Shown: one piece after another, positions 29,145 to 39,844 of the stretch
Numbering within the stretch: the first letter of the stretch is position 1
How the letters are laid out: the number at the start of each line of letters is the position of its first letter
NCBI GenBank assembly: GCA_964406005.1
Contig: CAYOPZ010000015.1
Span: 1,170 to 65,169, forward strand
From: an uncultured Bacteroidaceae bacterium
GTDB taxonomy: Bacteria; Bacteroidota; Bacteroidia; Bacteroidales; SM23-62
Direction of reading: 5' to 3'
DNA length: 64,000 nucleotides
The notes under the pieces: generated by a model
Databases searched by the model: none
Told to the model about the DNA's origin: nothing
Seen by the model: the letters and a program-made list of their open reading frames with translations, nothing else
Program-made: the position numbers and the translations under genes

Positions 29145-29867
29145 ATGCTCGAGGATCTGAACCTGAAGAACATATTATTCCTGGATATAGAAACGGTGCC
29201 CGTGACGGCAGGGATGGAATCCGCCAGTCCCAGGTTGCAGCAGCTCTGGGAGCAAAAATCCGCCCCTTTCAGGCAGGCGGATGAACCGGCTTCGGAGGTT
29301 TGGGCAAGGGCTGCATTATATGCCGAATTCGGAAAGATCATATGCATATCGGCAGGGGTATTTTCAAACCTGGCCGAACCGAAACGGTTTCGGATCAAGT
29401 CTTTTTTCGGGGATGATGAAAAAGTCGTTTTGGAATCGTTTTCAGAACTGCTCCGCAAGTTCAGGCCCCCGGGAAAGATAAGCCTCTGTGCCCACAACGG
29501 GAAGGATTTTGATTTCCCTTATCTTGCCAGGCGCATGCTGGCTGCAGGACTGGACATTCCGGGTGTACTGCAGACTGCAGGGAAGAAACCCTGGGAAGTC
29601 AATTTCCTGGATACCATGGAGTTGTGGAAGTTTGGAGCCTACAGGAATTTCACATCGCTCGCCCTTCTTGCAGAAGTCCTTGACCTGCCAGATCCGAAGG
29701 ATGATATGGACGGGAGCCAGGTTGCTGCTGTATATTATCAGGACGGGGATATGCAAAGGATTGCCAGGTATTGTGAAAAGGACGTGCTTTCCATTGCGCA
29801 GATCCTTCTTCGTTTCAGGAGAGAAGCACTGATTCCCGAAGAAAATGTGGAAGTCGTGAACGGCTGA
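29145..29867 (+). CDS. PolB-like 3'-5' exonuclease
   Basis: FLDIET, HNGKDFDFP, YCEKD (DEDD pattern). Confidence 0.85.
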   Translation: MLEDLNLKNILFLDIETVPVTAGMESASPRLQQLWEQKSAPFRQADEPASEVWARAALYAEFGKIICISAGVFSNLAEPKRFRIKSFFGDDEKVVLESFSELLRKFRPPGKISLCAHNGKDFDFPYLARRMLAAGLDIPGVLQTAGKKPWEVNFLDTMELWKFGAYRNFTSLALLAEVLDLPDPKDDMDGSQVAAVYYQDGDMQRIARYCEKDVLSIAQILLRFRREALIPEENVEVVNG

Positions 29868-29869
29868 TG

Positions 29870-30685
29870 TCAGGAGGGTTCACCAAGCAGGAAATACTTC
29901 AGGGTTTTCAGCAGCAGGGAAGGCTGTTCGACATGCAGCCAGTGCCCGGCCCCCGGGATGGTAGTGATTTCAGCCATGGGGAATATGGTTTTTATACCGG
30001 GAATCATGTCGTCCCTGATATAATCTGAATTCTCCCCCCTGATAAACAGCACCTGAAATCCGGTGATTCCTTTCCCCGCAGCGAATACACGGGGATCCAG
30101 TCCGTCCAGTATGGAAGGGAGCTCTGCCCTGATTGCGCTGGCATTGATTCTCCACCGGTATCGGTTTGAACCGGTTCTTTCAATGTTTTTCAGCAAAAAG
30201 CTCCTGACCCGGGGCGAATAAATCGTTCTTGCCAGTTGTCTGTCCGCATCCTCACGGCTGTGCACGTGGTCAAAATCAACGGCAAGCATACTGTCCAGGA
30301 TGCGTGTGTGCGTAATGACCTGGCTGGAGTGATCGGAGTATGTATATGCAAGGGGTGCGATGTCTATTATCACCAGTGATTCCACCCTTTCCGGCATGAC
30401 CACCGCGAGATGCATGATCGTTTTGCCTCCCATGGAATGGCCCATTAAGATTGCTTTTTCCAGGTGCTGACTGTCCATGAAGCCGGCAATGTCATCCCTC
30501 ATGGCCGGATAATTATGCGTGTCGCAGTGCGGGGAACGTCCGTGATTCCTCTGGTCCGGAAGATAGACTTCGAAGTTTTCCGCCAGTGATTTTCCGATCG
30601 AGATCCAGTTGTCCGAGGAGCCGTAAAGGCCGTGTACGATAATGAGTGGAGGACCTTTCCCGAATTTTCTGAAAAAAAGTTGCAT
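29870..30685 (-). CDS. Alpha/beta hydrolase (YbfF-like esterase)
   Basis: HGLYGS, DQRNHGRS, GHSMGG, AGHWLHVE. Confidence 0.88.
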   Translation of the reverse strand: MQLFFRKFGKGPPLIIVHGLYGSSDNWISIGKSLAENFEVYLPDQRNHGRSPHCDTHNYPAMRDDIAGFMDSQHLEKAILMGHSMGGKTIMHLAVVMPERVESLVIIDIAPLAYTYSDHSSQVITHTRILDSMLAVDFDHVHSREDADRQLARTIYSPRVRSFLLKNIERTGSNRYRWRINASAIRAELPSILDGLDPRVFAAGKGITGFQVLFIRGENSDYIRDDMIPGIKTIFPMAEITTIPGAGHWLHVEQPSLLLKTLKYFLLGEPS

Positions 30686-30688
30686 GGA

Positions 30689-31414
30689 TTAGCCTTCTGA
30701 AGGTATGAGCTGACGGCGGTACATTTGTATGGTATTCTCGAGCCCGAAATACAATGCATGAGAAATCAATGCATGGCCTATCGAGACCTCGAGCAGGCCC
30801 GGAATATGATCATTGAAATATTTCAGGTTCTCCAGGCTGAGATCATGTCCGGCATTCAATCCGAGTCCCGCTTCAGCCGCCTTTTTCGCGGCAACGATAA
30901 AGGGAGCGATGGCCGCCCGGGGATCCGCCGGGTAATTCCTGGCATAGGGCTCTGTATAAAGTTCCACCCTGTCGGTGCCTGTTTTTGCTGCATTTTCAAT
31001 CAGTGCCGGTTCTGTGCCGATGAAGATTGAAACACGTATGCCATGTGCCTTTAATTCTCCGACCACTTCCCTGAGAAAGGACTCGTTTGCAAAGGTATCC
31101 CAGCCCTGGCTCGAAGTAAGGGCTTCCGGCGGATCCGGCACCAGTGTGACCTGGTCCGGGACGACAGAGGTTACCAGGTCGAGAAATGCGCGGGAAGGGA
31201 ATCCTTCGATATTGAATTCAACGCTTACTGCGGATTTAATGTCCCTGACATCCCGGGCCCGGATATGTCTTTCGTCGGGGCGCGGGTGCACGGTGATCCC
31301 TTCAGCGCCGTAATTCTGGCAATTTACTGCCGCCTGGAGCACATCAGGCACATTTCCGCCGCGTGCATTCCGAAGTGTGGCTATTTTATTTATATTTACA
31401 CTCAGACGGGTCAT
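30689..31414 (-). CDS. pdxJ: Pyridoxine 5'-phosphate synthase
   Basis: [40 protein letters not shown]; start moved to ATG 31414. Confidence 0.95.
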   Translation of the reverse strand: MTRLSVNINKIATLRNARGGNVPDVLQAAVNCQNYGAEGITVHPRPDERHIRARDVRDIKSAVSVEFNIEGFPSRAFLDLVTSVVPDQVTLVPDPPEALTSSQGWDTFANESFLREVVGELKAHGIRVSIFIGTEPALIENAAKTGTDRVELYTEPYARNYPADPRAAIAPFIVAAKKAAEAGLGLNAGHDLSLENLKYFNDHIPGLLEVSIGHALISHALYFGLENTIQMYRRQLIPSEG

Positions 31415-31472
31415 ACTGACCGGATTCATTACATTTCGCAAAATTAAGGATTTTAACAGAAGCTGATCCCAA

Positions 31473-32138
31473 ATGCTGGCAAAAGACCTCATATCCGATG
31501 TGGTTCCCGCTCTGAAAACCTCAGATACGGGATTGCAGGCACTTTCGTGGATGGATATATTCCGTATATCGCATCTGCCCATTGTGAATAACATGGAATT
31601 TCTCGGGCTTATATCTGACAAGGACATATACGATCTGAATATGGCCGAGGAACCCATCGGGAATCACAAACTGTCGCTTTTCAGTCCCTATGTATTCATG
31701 GACCAGCATATCTACGAGGTAATTGAGATTGTTTCCCGGCTGGAATTAACGGTGGTCCCGGTGCTCGATAAGGACAACCACTATCTGGGATTGATCACCC
31801 TGAACGACCTGCTTCAGCGATTCGCCAATCTTTCCGCATTAAAGCAACCCGGAGGCATCATTGAGCTTGAACTCAATGTGAATGACTATACCCTGACCCA
31901 GATTTCACAGATCGTCGAAAGCAACGACGCCAGGATACTCAGCATGTATGTATCTTCACCGGAAGATTCCACAAAGATGAATATCACACTGAAGGTAAAT
32001 ACGACAGACATCACATCCATTGTCCAGACTTTCAACCGGTACAATTATTCCATCAAGGCATCCTACATGGATAGTGATGAACTGGAAAGCCTGTTGAATA
32101 ACAGGTATGAAGCTTTCATGAAGTATTTGAGCATATAG
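31473..32138 (+). CDS. CBS domain protein
   Basis: CBS pair (SHLPIV..GLIS, VVPVLD..GLIT) plus ACT-like C-terminus. Confidence 0.85.
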   Translation: MLAKDLISDVVPALKTSDTGLQALSWMDIFRISHLPIVNNMEFLGLISDKDIYDLNMAEEPIGNHKLSLFSPYVFMDQHIYEVIEIVSRLELTVVPVLDKDNHYLGLITLNDLLQRFANLSALKQPGGIIELELNVNDYTLTQISQIVESNDARILSMYVSSPEDSTKMNITLKVNTTDITSIVQTFNRYNYSIKASYMDSDELESLLNNRYEAFMKYLSI

Positions 32139-32166
32139 TCGAATAACGAATAGAACCCTCATCATT

Positions 32167-33045
32167 GTGAAAATTGCCATCTACGGGAGGCCCGTCAGCA
32201 GCGGTTTTGAGAAAATCATTTCAAGACTCTTCGAACGTCTGGAGAACAAAAAGGCCGAGGTTTTCGTATACAGGCCCTTTTATGATTTTCTTGTTTCCCG
32301 GGAAAAACTGAAATTCAATATCAAGGGTTTGTTCAACACCCACGAGGACATCATCGGAAATGCGGAACTTATGTTCAGCCTGGGGGGAGACGGTACCTTT
32401 CTGGAGGCGGTTTGCATCGTTCAGGATTATGGCATTCCCATCGTTGGAATCAATACGGGGAGGCTGGGATTTCTTGCGGATATTTCGCCCGAACATGTCG
32501 AGTCTGCGATTGACATCATATTGAAGGCAGAGTATAAGCTTGAACAGAGATCGCTTGTACAGCTCGAACTCACGGAGGGGAAATGGGACGGATTTGCCTG
32601 CGCCTTAAATGAGATCAGCATACAGAAACGCAATTCGACCATGATCACCATCCACACCTTCCTGAACGATGTCCACCTGAATTCATACTGGGCCGACGGG
32701 CTGATCATTTCAACACCTACCGGTTCGACGGCTTATTCCATGAGTGTTGGCGGCCCCATTGTAAGCCCTGATTCTCACAATTTTATCATTTCTCCCCTGG
32801 CACCCCACAACCTTACTGTCCGTCCCGTAATCGTGCCCGACAACAATCTGATCCGGATAGAAGTTGAGAGCCGTGACGACTCTTTTCTCCTGGCATTGGA
32901 TTCCCGTACCGGGATTGTCAAAAGCAATGTCCGGCTGTTGATGAAACGGGCGGATTTTACCATCAAGACTTTACGTATCCGTGATGCCACCTTCTATGAT
33001 ACCTTGCGTCACAAGTTGATGTGGGGCGTCGATAAACGCAATTGA
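32167..33045 (+). CDS. nadK: NAD kinase
   Basis: GGDGT, GINTGRLGFL, LNE, DGLIISTPTGSTAY. Confidence 0.93.
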   Translation: MKIAIYGRPVSSGFEKIISRLFERLENKKAEVFVYRPFYDFLVSREKLKFNIKGLFNTHEDIIGNAELMFSLGGDGTFLEAVCIVQDYGIPIVGINTGRLGFLADISPEHVESAIDIILKAEYKLEQRSLVQLELTEGKWDGFACALNEISIQKRNSTMITIHTFLNDVHLNSYWADGLIISTPTGSTAYSMSVGGPIVSPDSHNFIISPLAPHNLTVRPVIVPDNNLIRIEVESRDDSFLLALDSRTGIVKSNVRLLMKRADFTIKTLRIRDATFYDTLRHKLMWGVDKRN

Positions 33046-33092
33046 TCCGGATTCATGAATATTTGCTAAATTTGTTGGAATGATTGACAGGT

Positions 33093-33875
33093 ATGCTTAA
33101 GCGGAGCCTTCCATATTTGCTGATATTGGGTTTATGCCTGCCGGGGAAGGCCGATGCACAGCGATGGAAGCTCCGCAGATATGAAGGGATCTTCGGTGTG
33201 GGGTTCAGCAGTTATTTCGGGGATATTGGAGGATCCGCAAGCACAGACAACTGGTTCGGGGTAAAAGACGTCTCAATAAAAAGCACCCGGCCCTCGTTCT
33301 ATCTGGGAGCACGGTATAAGATAAGGGAAAATGTAAGTGTGAAATTGAATCTCAGCTACGGGTTCATTTCGGGAAATGACGTAGGATCGAAGAATGAGTC
33401 AAGGGGTTTTTCTTTCTATACACAGCTGTTTGAACCCGGTGTTCAGGCTGAATACTCGATTGTATCAGAAGAACAAAGGACACGGTCAAATGCATTGTTC
33501 AATAAAAGGGGCATGCTTAACAATTATTCCCAAATCAACTTATATTTGTATGCTGGGATCGGGGCGGTGGTCGGCTGGACAAAGCCAAATGATGCGATAA
33601 TGGCATCCGTAAATTATGATCCGGATTATTCCAGGTCCGGAATGATATTCCCGGCAGGGATCGGATTCAAGTATGTGTTGAGCGATACCTGGTCACTGGG
33701 TGCTGAATTCGGGGTACGATGGACCACAACCGACCATCTGGATGCTTACACATCACCGTGGTCAAAGGCAAACGATTTATACTATGTGGGTATAATCAAT
33801 GGGATTTACAGAATCAAAACCTCAAGGACCGGAGTTCCGATTTTGTTCGGACCGGAAAGAAGATCATTATTATAG
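33093..33875 (+). CDS. Outer-membrane beta-barrel, DUF6089/PorG-like paralog
   Basis: Signal peptide, G-SSYFGDIG, TTTDHLD, ND-YY; TAAATTTG at 33067-33074. Confidence 0.7.
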   Translation: MLKRSLPYLLILGLCLPGKADAQRWKLRRYEGIFGVGFSSYFGDIGGSASTDNWFGVKDVSIKSTRPSFYLGARYKIRENVSVKLNLSYGFISGNDVGSKNESRGFSFYTQLFEPGVQAEYSIVSEEQRTRSNALFNKRGMLNNYSQINLYLYAGIGAVVGWTKPNDAIMASVNYDPDYSRSGMIFPAGIGFKYVLSDTWSLGAEFGVRWTTTDHLDAYTSPWSKANDLYYVGIINGIYRIKTSRTGVPILFGPERRSLL

Positions 33876-34536
33876 TGTAATCCTGTCGGGGTTATTTCTT
33901 ATATTTTTTTTGGGCTTTCCAAAGCAATCCATTCAGGCACAGCCCAAATCCGATCTCGGACTGATGGGAGGAACCATGTATTATATGGGGGATCTGAATT
34001 TTACCAGGCATTTCCAGATGCCTTCCGCAGCAGGTGGAGCACTCATTCGCTACAACCTGAATCCGAGGAATGCATTCCGTTTCAGCTGCATTTACGGATC
34101 TCTCAGAGGCGGTGATGCCCTGCTCAATGATGATTATTACTCCATAAGCAGTTTCAGGACAGCCATACTTGACTTTGCCTTTTCCACGGAATTCAATTTC
34201 AGGACCTATAAAACCAGCAGTATAAGGAAGGAACGCTATACTCCGTATGTTACGGGAGGGATCGTATACAGCGCTGTGGTGGCTTCTGACGTGCGTGCAG
34301 AACATACAAGCGCACTGGCTTTCGGAGGAGGTTTCAAGTACAATCTGACGGCACGTCTGGGTGCGGGTGTTGAATGGACATTCCGGAAAGCATTTAATGA
34401 CTATCTGGATGGTGTGGGGAATACGGGACAGGAAAATAATGTATTTTTTCACAATAAAGACTGGTATTCGATAGTTGGATTATTTATTACCTATAATATT
34501 TTTGGCTGGAAGGAACGTTGCCCGGCATATGATTAG
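33799..34536 (+). CDS. porG: PorG-like (DUF6089) outer-membrane beta-barrel; start uncertain
   Basis: YYMGDLN, RYNLNPR, DYLDG, NKDWY, terminal Cys; position directly before uppS-bamA-ompH as in Porphyromonas. Confidence 0.65.
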   Translation: MGFTESKPQGPEFRFCSDRKEDHYYSVILSGLFLIFFLGFPKQSIQAQPKSDLGLMGGTMYYMGDLNFTRHFQMPSAAGGALIRYNLNPRNAFRFSCIYGSLRGGDALLNDDYYSISSFRTAILDFAFSTEFNFRTYKTSSIRKERYTPYVTGGIVYSAVVASDVRAEHTSALAFGGGFKYNLTARLGAGVEWTFRKAFNDYLDGVGNTGQENNVFFHNKDWYSIVGLFITYNIFGWKERCPAYD

Positions 34537-34548
34537 TCAGGCAGAAAG

Positions 34549-35298
34549 ATGGAAAGCGATTTAAAAGATCAGATCGACAGGAATAAATTGCCCAGGCATA
34601 TTGCCATCATTATGGACGGGAATGGCCGGTGGGCCAAGAAAAAGGGGAACGAAAGGATATTCGGGCATAAAAACGCAATCAGGGCCGTGCGTGATACCGT
34701 GGAAGCAGCCGCGGAACTGGAAGTGGAATACCTCACCCTGTACGCCTTTTCAACCGAAAACTGGAACCGCCCGCGTACTGAAATAGATGCCCTGATGTCC
34801 CTTCTTGTAACCACCCTGGACAAGGAAACGGATAACCTGATGGAGAACAATATCAGGCTGACGTCTATTGGAGATACGGACAGCCTGCCTCACAAGGTCA
34901 AGAGATATCTGCAGCAGGCCGTTCAAATGACCTCCGGCAACACGGGAATGAACCTGGCACTTGCCCTTAGCTATTCAGGCCGGTGGGAAATACTCGATGC
35001 ACTGAAATCCATCGCCCGGAAGGTTGAATCGGGAGAACTTGATGCAGGGGATCTGAACTGTGAACATATTTCGGATATGTTACAGACAAGGGATATGCCG
35101 GATCCTGAGCTGCTGATCAGAACAAGCGGGGAATTCAGAATAAGTAATTTCCTCCTGTGGCAGATTGCATATGCCGAGTTGTATTTCACAAACACCCTCT
35201 GGCCGGACTTTACCAAGGATGACCTTTACCGTGCGATATGCAATTTCCAGAAAAGGGAGAGAAGGTTCGGTATGATCAGTGAGCAGGTAGTCTCCTAA
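34549..35298 (+). CDS. uppS: Undecaprenyl diphosphate synthase
   Basis: HIAIIMDGNGRWA, YAFSTENW, RTSGEFRISNFLLWQ. Confidence 0.95.
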   Translation: MESDLKDQIDRNKLPRHIAIIMDGNGRWAKKKGNERIFGHKNAIRAVRDTVEAAAELEVEYLTLYAFSTENWNRPRTEIDALMSLLVTTLDKETDNLMENNIRLTSIGDTDSLPHKVKRYLQQAVQMTSGNTGMNLALALSYSGRWEILDALKSIARKVESGELDAGDLNCEHISDMLQTRDMPDPELLIRTSGEFRISNFLLWQIAYAELYFTNTLWPDFTKDDLYRAICNFQKRERRFGMISEQVVS

Positions 35299-35310
35299 AT
35301 ATTCAGAGGC

Positions 35311-37803
35311 ATGGGCAGGAAACAAATAATCATTTTATCTCTTTTCATCCTCGCAGGGATTGGAGGGCTTGCACAGGAACCCGATTACGATTCGCTTCCC
35401 GTGATGGATTATGCATCCCCCCGCAGTTACGAGATCGCCGACATTACCGTATCGGGGGTGGAATTCCTTCAGCCTGCAGTACTTATTTCCATCTCCGGGC
35501 TGAAAGTTGGCAACAGGATCACGGTGCCGGGTGATGACATTACCGGGGCAATCCGGAAATTCTGGGAGCAGGGGCTTTTTTCAGATGTAAAGATCGCCGC
35601 TACAAAGGTGGAAGCGGGTAAGATCTGGCTGGACATCTACCTGAGGGAACAGCCCAGGCTCTCACGCCTGACAATCGAAGGTCTGAGCAAGACAGAAACA
35701 CAGGATCTGGTGGAGGTCCTGAACATCAGGATCGGCAGGCAGGTGACAACGGATCTTCTCAACAACACCGAGCGTATTATTAAGGACAATTATATCGATA
35801 AGGGGTTTTTTAATACACAGGTGAACATGGTCCAGGTAAAGGATACGCTGCGGCCCAATTCCGTGGAATTGAAGGTGAATGTGAATAAGAACAAGCGCAT
35901 CAAGATTGATGATATTCTTTTTGAGGGCAACCGTGTATATGATGATGCCCGCCTCAGGCGAGTCATGAAGAATACAAAAAGAGTCAACATGAACATATTC
36001 AAGGGCTCGAAATACATCCTGGACAAATACAGGGAAGACAAGAAAAGCCTTATCAGTTTTTATAATGAGAACGGTTACCGGGATGCCAATATCCTCCGGG
36101 ATTCCCTTTACAGGGTCGACCACAGGAATAAGGAAAGACTTTTTCTGAAAGTCTTTATAGAGGAAGGGAATAAATATTTTTTCGGGGACATCAGATGGAT
36201 CGGGAATACGATCTATCCGGATGAAGTGCTGAATACCTACCTGGGCATTAATAATGGGGATGTGTTCGATCAGACCCTGCTGGACAACAGGCTTGAGATT
36301 GATGAGGATGCAGTCAGTTCGCTCTATCTTGACAACGGCTATCTGTTTTTCGATGTGGATGCCGTTGAAGTCAATGTGGAGGATGACTCCATTGATTTTG
36401 AGATGCGAATCAGTGAAGGCGAACAGGCCACCATCAACAATGTGATCATCACCGGGAATACCAGAACCAATGAACATGTGATAAGACGGGAAATAAGAAC
36501 CAAACCGGGAGACCTGTTCAGTAAGGCTGCCATCATTCGTACGGTCAGGGAACTGTCACAGCTCGGTTATTTCGACCCGGAACAGATCGAACCCCTTCCC
36601 ATACCGGATGTCAGGAACGGAACCGTTGACATTGAATACAAGCTTGTTGAACGGTCCAGTGACCAGTTCGAGATATCGGGCGGCTGGGGAGCCGGCATGC
36701 TGGTAGGTACGGTCGGCCTGAGCTTTTCCAATTTCTCCCTGCAAGACATTCTTAACCCAAGGGCATGGCACCCGGTACCGTACGGCGACGGACAAACCCT
36801 CAGCATACGTGCACAGTCCAACGGAAAATATTACCAAAGCTATAATTTCTCTTTCGTGGAGCCCTGGCTCGGAGGCAAGAAACCCAACTCACTTGCATTG
36901 TCGGTTTTCAGGACCAGGACGAATAATTCCTATACAATCTGGGATGCGGGAGATAAATCAATGAGCATTACTGGGGCTTCCGTAGGACTTGGAAGACGGC
37001 TCAGTTGGCCGGATGATTTTTTTCAGTTGTACAATGAAATCAGTTTTCAGCAATACAACCTGCACGACTGGACGGGTTATTTCCTGTTTACCAACGGGAG
37101 GTCGAACAACATCAGCTTCAATACAACCCTTGCCCGCGCATCTGTCGACCAGACTATCTATCCCAGGCGCGGATCCAATTTTTCCCTCAGCCTGCAGCTC
37201 ACCCCTCCTTATTCGGCATTCGGTAACAAGGATTACCTGAATATGAGTGCTGATCAGAAGTATGAGTGGATCGAGTATCACAAATGGAAGTTTGCAGCGG
37301 ATGTTTACAAGACTTTGGCAGGAAATTTGGTGTTGGCTACACGGGCCCGCTTTGGTTATCTCGGACATTACAACGATGACCTGGGTCCGTCGCCTTTCGA
37401 AGGATTTGATGTGGGAGGTGACGGTATGTCGGGATTTAACATTTACGGATACGACATCATCGCTCTGAGGGGCTACGAGAACAGTTCTTTGACACCTCTG
37501 GTGAACGGATTGAAAGCCGGGAATGTATATTCAAAGATTACCATGGAATTGCGTTACCCCATTACTTTGAAACCCTCGGCGGTTTTATATGTACTGGGCT
37601 TTCTGGAGGGAGGCAATGCATGGTACAGCATTGATGAGTTCAATCCATTCCTTGTCAAGCGTTCCGCAGGTATCGGACTGAGGGCCTACCTTCCCATGTT
37701 CGGGTTACTGGGCATAGACTGGGGGTATGGATTTGATCCGGTAAACGGCAGCTACAATCAAAGCCATAGCCAGTTCCATTTTACCATCGGACAGCAGCTG
37801 TAG
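35311..37803 (+). CDS. bamA: Outer membrane protein assembly factor BamA
   Basis: POTRA repeats, GNTRTNEHVIRRE, LRGY, C-terminal HFTIGQQL. Confidence 0.93.
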   Translation: MGRKQIIILSLFILAGIGGLAQEPDYDSLPVMDYASPRSYEIADITVSGVEFLQPAVLISISGLKVGNRITVPGDDITGAIRKFWEQGLFSDVKIAATKVEAGKIWLDIYLREQPRLSRLTIEGLSKTETQDLVEVLNIRIGRQVTTDLLNNTERIIKDNYIDKGFFNTQVNMVQVKDTLRPNSVELKVNVNKNKRIKIDDILFEGNRVYDDARLRRVMKNTKRVNMNIFKGSKYILDKYREDKKSLISFYNENGYRDANILRDSLYRVDHRNKERLFLKVFIEEGNKYFFGDIRWIGNTIYPDEVLNTYLGINNGDVFDQTLLDNRLEIDEDAVSSLYLDNGYLFFDVDAVEVNVEDDSIDFEMRISEGEQATINNVIITGNTRTNEHVIRREIRTKPGDLFSKAAIIRTVRELSQLGYFDPEQIEPLPIPDVRNGTVDIEYKLVERSSDQFEISGGWGAGMLVGTVGLSFSNFSLQDILNPRAWHPVPYGDGQTLSIRAQSNGKYYQSYNFSFVEPWLGGKKPNSLALSVFRTRTNNSYTIWDAGDKSMSITGASVGLGRRLSWPDDFFQLYNEISFQQYNLHDWTGYFLFTNGRSNNISFNTTLARASVDQTIYPRRGSNFSLSLQLTPPYSAFGNKDYLNMSADQKYEWIEYHKWKFAADVYKTLAGNLVLATRARFGYLGHYNDDLGPSPFEGFDVGGDGMSGFNIYGYDIIALRGYENSSLTPLVNGLKAGNVYSKITMELRYPITLKPSAVLYVLGFLEGGNAWYSIDEFNPFLVKRSAGIGLRAYLPMFGLLGIDWGYGFDPVNGSYNQSHSQFHFTIGQQL

Positions 37804-37845
37804 GATTCCGTTAAAACATAATTATTCATATTAAAATGATTTATA

Positions 37846-38361
37846 ATGAAAAGGTTCATTTCTTTATTCGGCATAATGTTAATAGGGGCAAGCCTGTGCC
37901 TTGCCCAGAAGTATGCATTTGTTGATACCGAATATATTCTGGACAGGATACCTTCCTATAAGGCTGCCCAGGAAGAGCTTGACAGGCTGACCGAAGAATG
38001 GCAGCAGGAGATTGAAGCAAAGTACGGCAATATTGAAAAGATGTATAAGGATTTTCAGGCAGAGAAGGTCCTTTTAACCGAAGAAATGCAAACAAAAAAG
38101 GAAGAAGAGATCGTTCAGATGGAACAGGAGGTCCGGGACCTTCAGCAGAAATATTTCGGCCGGGAAGGCAACCTGTACAAGAAACGGGAAGAACTGGTCA
38201 AGCCCATTCAGGATGAGGTATACAGGGTGGTGAAGGAGATTGCGGCGGAAGGAAACTTTGCCGTGATTTTTGATACGGCATCGGGGGCGAACATGCTGTA
38301 TACGGATCCGAGGTATGATAAAAGTGACGAAGTGCTTGAAAAGCTGGGATATAAGAACTAA
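37846..38361 (+). CDS. OmpH/Skp family chaperone (Omp17-like)
   Basis: QKYAFVDTEYIL, FGREG.L..KREELVKPIQD, YDKSDEVL; follows bamA. Confidence 0.9.
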   Translation: MKRFISLFGIMLIGASLCLAQKYAFVDTEYILDRIPSYKAAQEELDRLTEEWQQEIEAKYGNIEKMYKDFQAEKVLLTEEMQTKKEEEIVQMEQEVRDLQQKYFGREGNLYKKREELVKPIQDEVYRVVKEIAAEGNFAVIFDTASGANMLYTDPRYDKSDEVLEKLGYKN

Positions 38362-38394
38362 ATTTTATTTATATTCGCAAAACATTTGGTATGA

Positions 38395-38475
38395 TATGGA
38401 TTCAGTTATGAAAGCGCCGCTGCAAATCCTGCTGCGCAGAATTCAAAGGCGGCTTATTTCATAACCGAATCCATA
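38395..38475. repeat. Fourth copy of the structured hairpin element, 19-bp outer stem
   Basis: tatggattcagttatgaaa (38395-38413) pairs with 38457-38475 (1 mismatch); inner gcaaatcctgctgcgcagaattcaa resembles gcaaattttgctgtgcaaaacttaa of unit 1. Confidence 0.7.
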
Positions 38476-38514
38476 AAATGCACGATAAGGCAATTAAAAA
38501 AAACCAAGTAACGA

Positions 38515-39030
38515 ATGAAAAACCTACGGAACCTTTTGCTTGTATCCCTGTTGCTTTTTACGGCTGAAGGGATGAACGCACAAAGCAGCGTTAAATTCGG
38601 GCACATCGATTCGAACGCACTGCTTTCCGCCATGCCTGAAAGCGATAGTGCCCAGGCCCAGATTCAGAGGCTTTCCGACAATTACTCTCAGCAGCTGGAC
38701 GAAATGAATGTCGAGTTGAATAAGAAATATAACGATTATATTAACAACAGGGATACCTATACGGAACTCATCAGGCAGACCAAGGAATCCGACCTTAACG
38801 AAATGAATCAAAGAATACAGAATTTCCAGCAGAGCGCATCTGAGGACCTGCAGACAAAACAGCAGCAATTGTTTGCCCCCATCATTGACAAGGCCAATAA
38901 AGCGGTCAGGGAGGTTGCTGAGGAAAACGGTTTTATCTACATCTTTGATGTCAGCCAGGGAAACCCGATATACTTCTCGGATCAGAGTACCGATATACTG
39001 CCCCTGGTCAAAATGAAACTGGGACTGTAA
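38515..39030 (+). CDS. OmpH/Skp family chaperone
   Basis: KFGHIDSNALLSAMPE, PIIDKANKAV, YIFD, DILPLVK. Confidence 0.9.
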   Translation: MKNLRNLLLVSLLLFTAEGMNAQSSVKFGHIDSNALLSAMPESDSAQAQIQRLSDNYSQQLDEMNVELNKKYNDYINNRDTYTELIRQTKESDLNEMNQRIQNFQQSASEDLQTKQQQLFAPIIDKANKAVREVAEENGFIYIFDVSQGNPIYFSDQSTDILPLVKMKLGL

Positions 39031-39034
39031 TATT

Positions 39035-39844
39035 TTGACCCCATCCAGCCAACCCGTTGGTATTTTTGATTCGGGCGTCGGCGGGCTGACCGTTGCACAT
39101 GCCATTAAAACCCTCCTGCCGGGGGAAAAGATGATCTATTTCGGGGATACCTTTCACCTGCCCTACGGGGACAAATCCCCCGACTCCGTGCGTTACTATG
39201 CAAGGAGGATCGCTGATTTCCTGCTGGAAAAGAATTGTAAGATCATCCTGATTGCCTGCAATACCGCTTCTGCAAGCGCTTTTACCGAGGTCGTGGAACA
39301 TGTCGGGCAAAGGGCCCTGGTCCTGAATGTGGTGGATCCTGTCGTCAGGGCAGTAACGGAAAAACATGCTTCCGGGAAAGTGGGTGTGATAGGAACCAAG
39401 GGGACGATCAGCAGCGGCACATACGAACAGAAGATCCGGCAAATGAGCCCCTTGCTTGAGGTACGTTCCCTGGCAACCCCCCTGTTTGTACCGATGATAG
39501 AGGAAGGATTTATCTTTGACGACATCAGCAATGCCATCATAAAGGCCTACCTTTCCGACAGGCGCTTTCAGGACATTCATACGCTGATCCTGGGTTGTAC
39601 GCATTACCCCGTCATCAAGAGACAGATCGAAGGATTCTTCGGGTTCCGCGTTGAAGTGATGGATTCCGGTCTTGCCGTGGCCAGGGACCTTCAGGACAAT
39701 CTGAAGGAAAAGGACCTGTTCAGCACCGGAGAAACCGGTCCGCACGAATTTTATATTTCTGATTACACCCCTTTTTTTGAAAAGACATCCAAAATGTTTT
39801 TCGGGGAAGAGATCCGCCTCGGACTCCTGAATTTCTGGAAATAA
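39035..39844 (+). CDS. murI: Glutamate racemase
   Basis: FDSGVGGLT, PYGDK, IACNTA, LGCTHYP. Confidence 0.95.
   Translation: MTPSSQPVGIFDSGVGGLTVAHAIKTLLPGEKMIYFGDTFHLPYGDKSPDSVRYYARRIADFLLEKNCKIILIACNTASASAFTEVVEHVGQRALVLNVVDPVVRAVTEKHASGKVGVIGTKGTISSGTYEQKIRQMSPLLEVRSLATPLFVPMIEEGFIFDDISNAIIKAYLSDRRFQDIHTLILGCTHYPVIKRQIEGFFGFRVEVMDSGLAVARDLQDNLKEKDLFSTGETGPHEFYISDYTPFFEKTSKMFFGEEIRLGLLNFWK

Noticed and set aside
31415..31657. 81-aa N-terminal extension of PdxJ (similar extensions on nqrA, prs, fabD, thrC, folE)
   Set aside because: Longest-ORF artefacts overlapping neighbouring genes or promoters; conserved N-termini begin downstream
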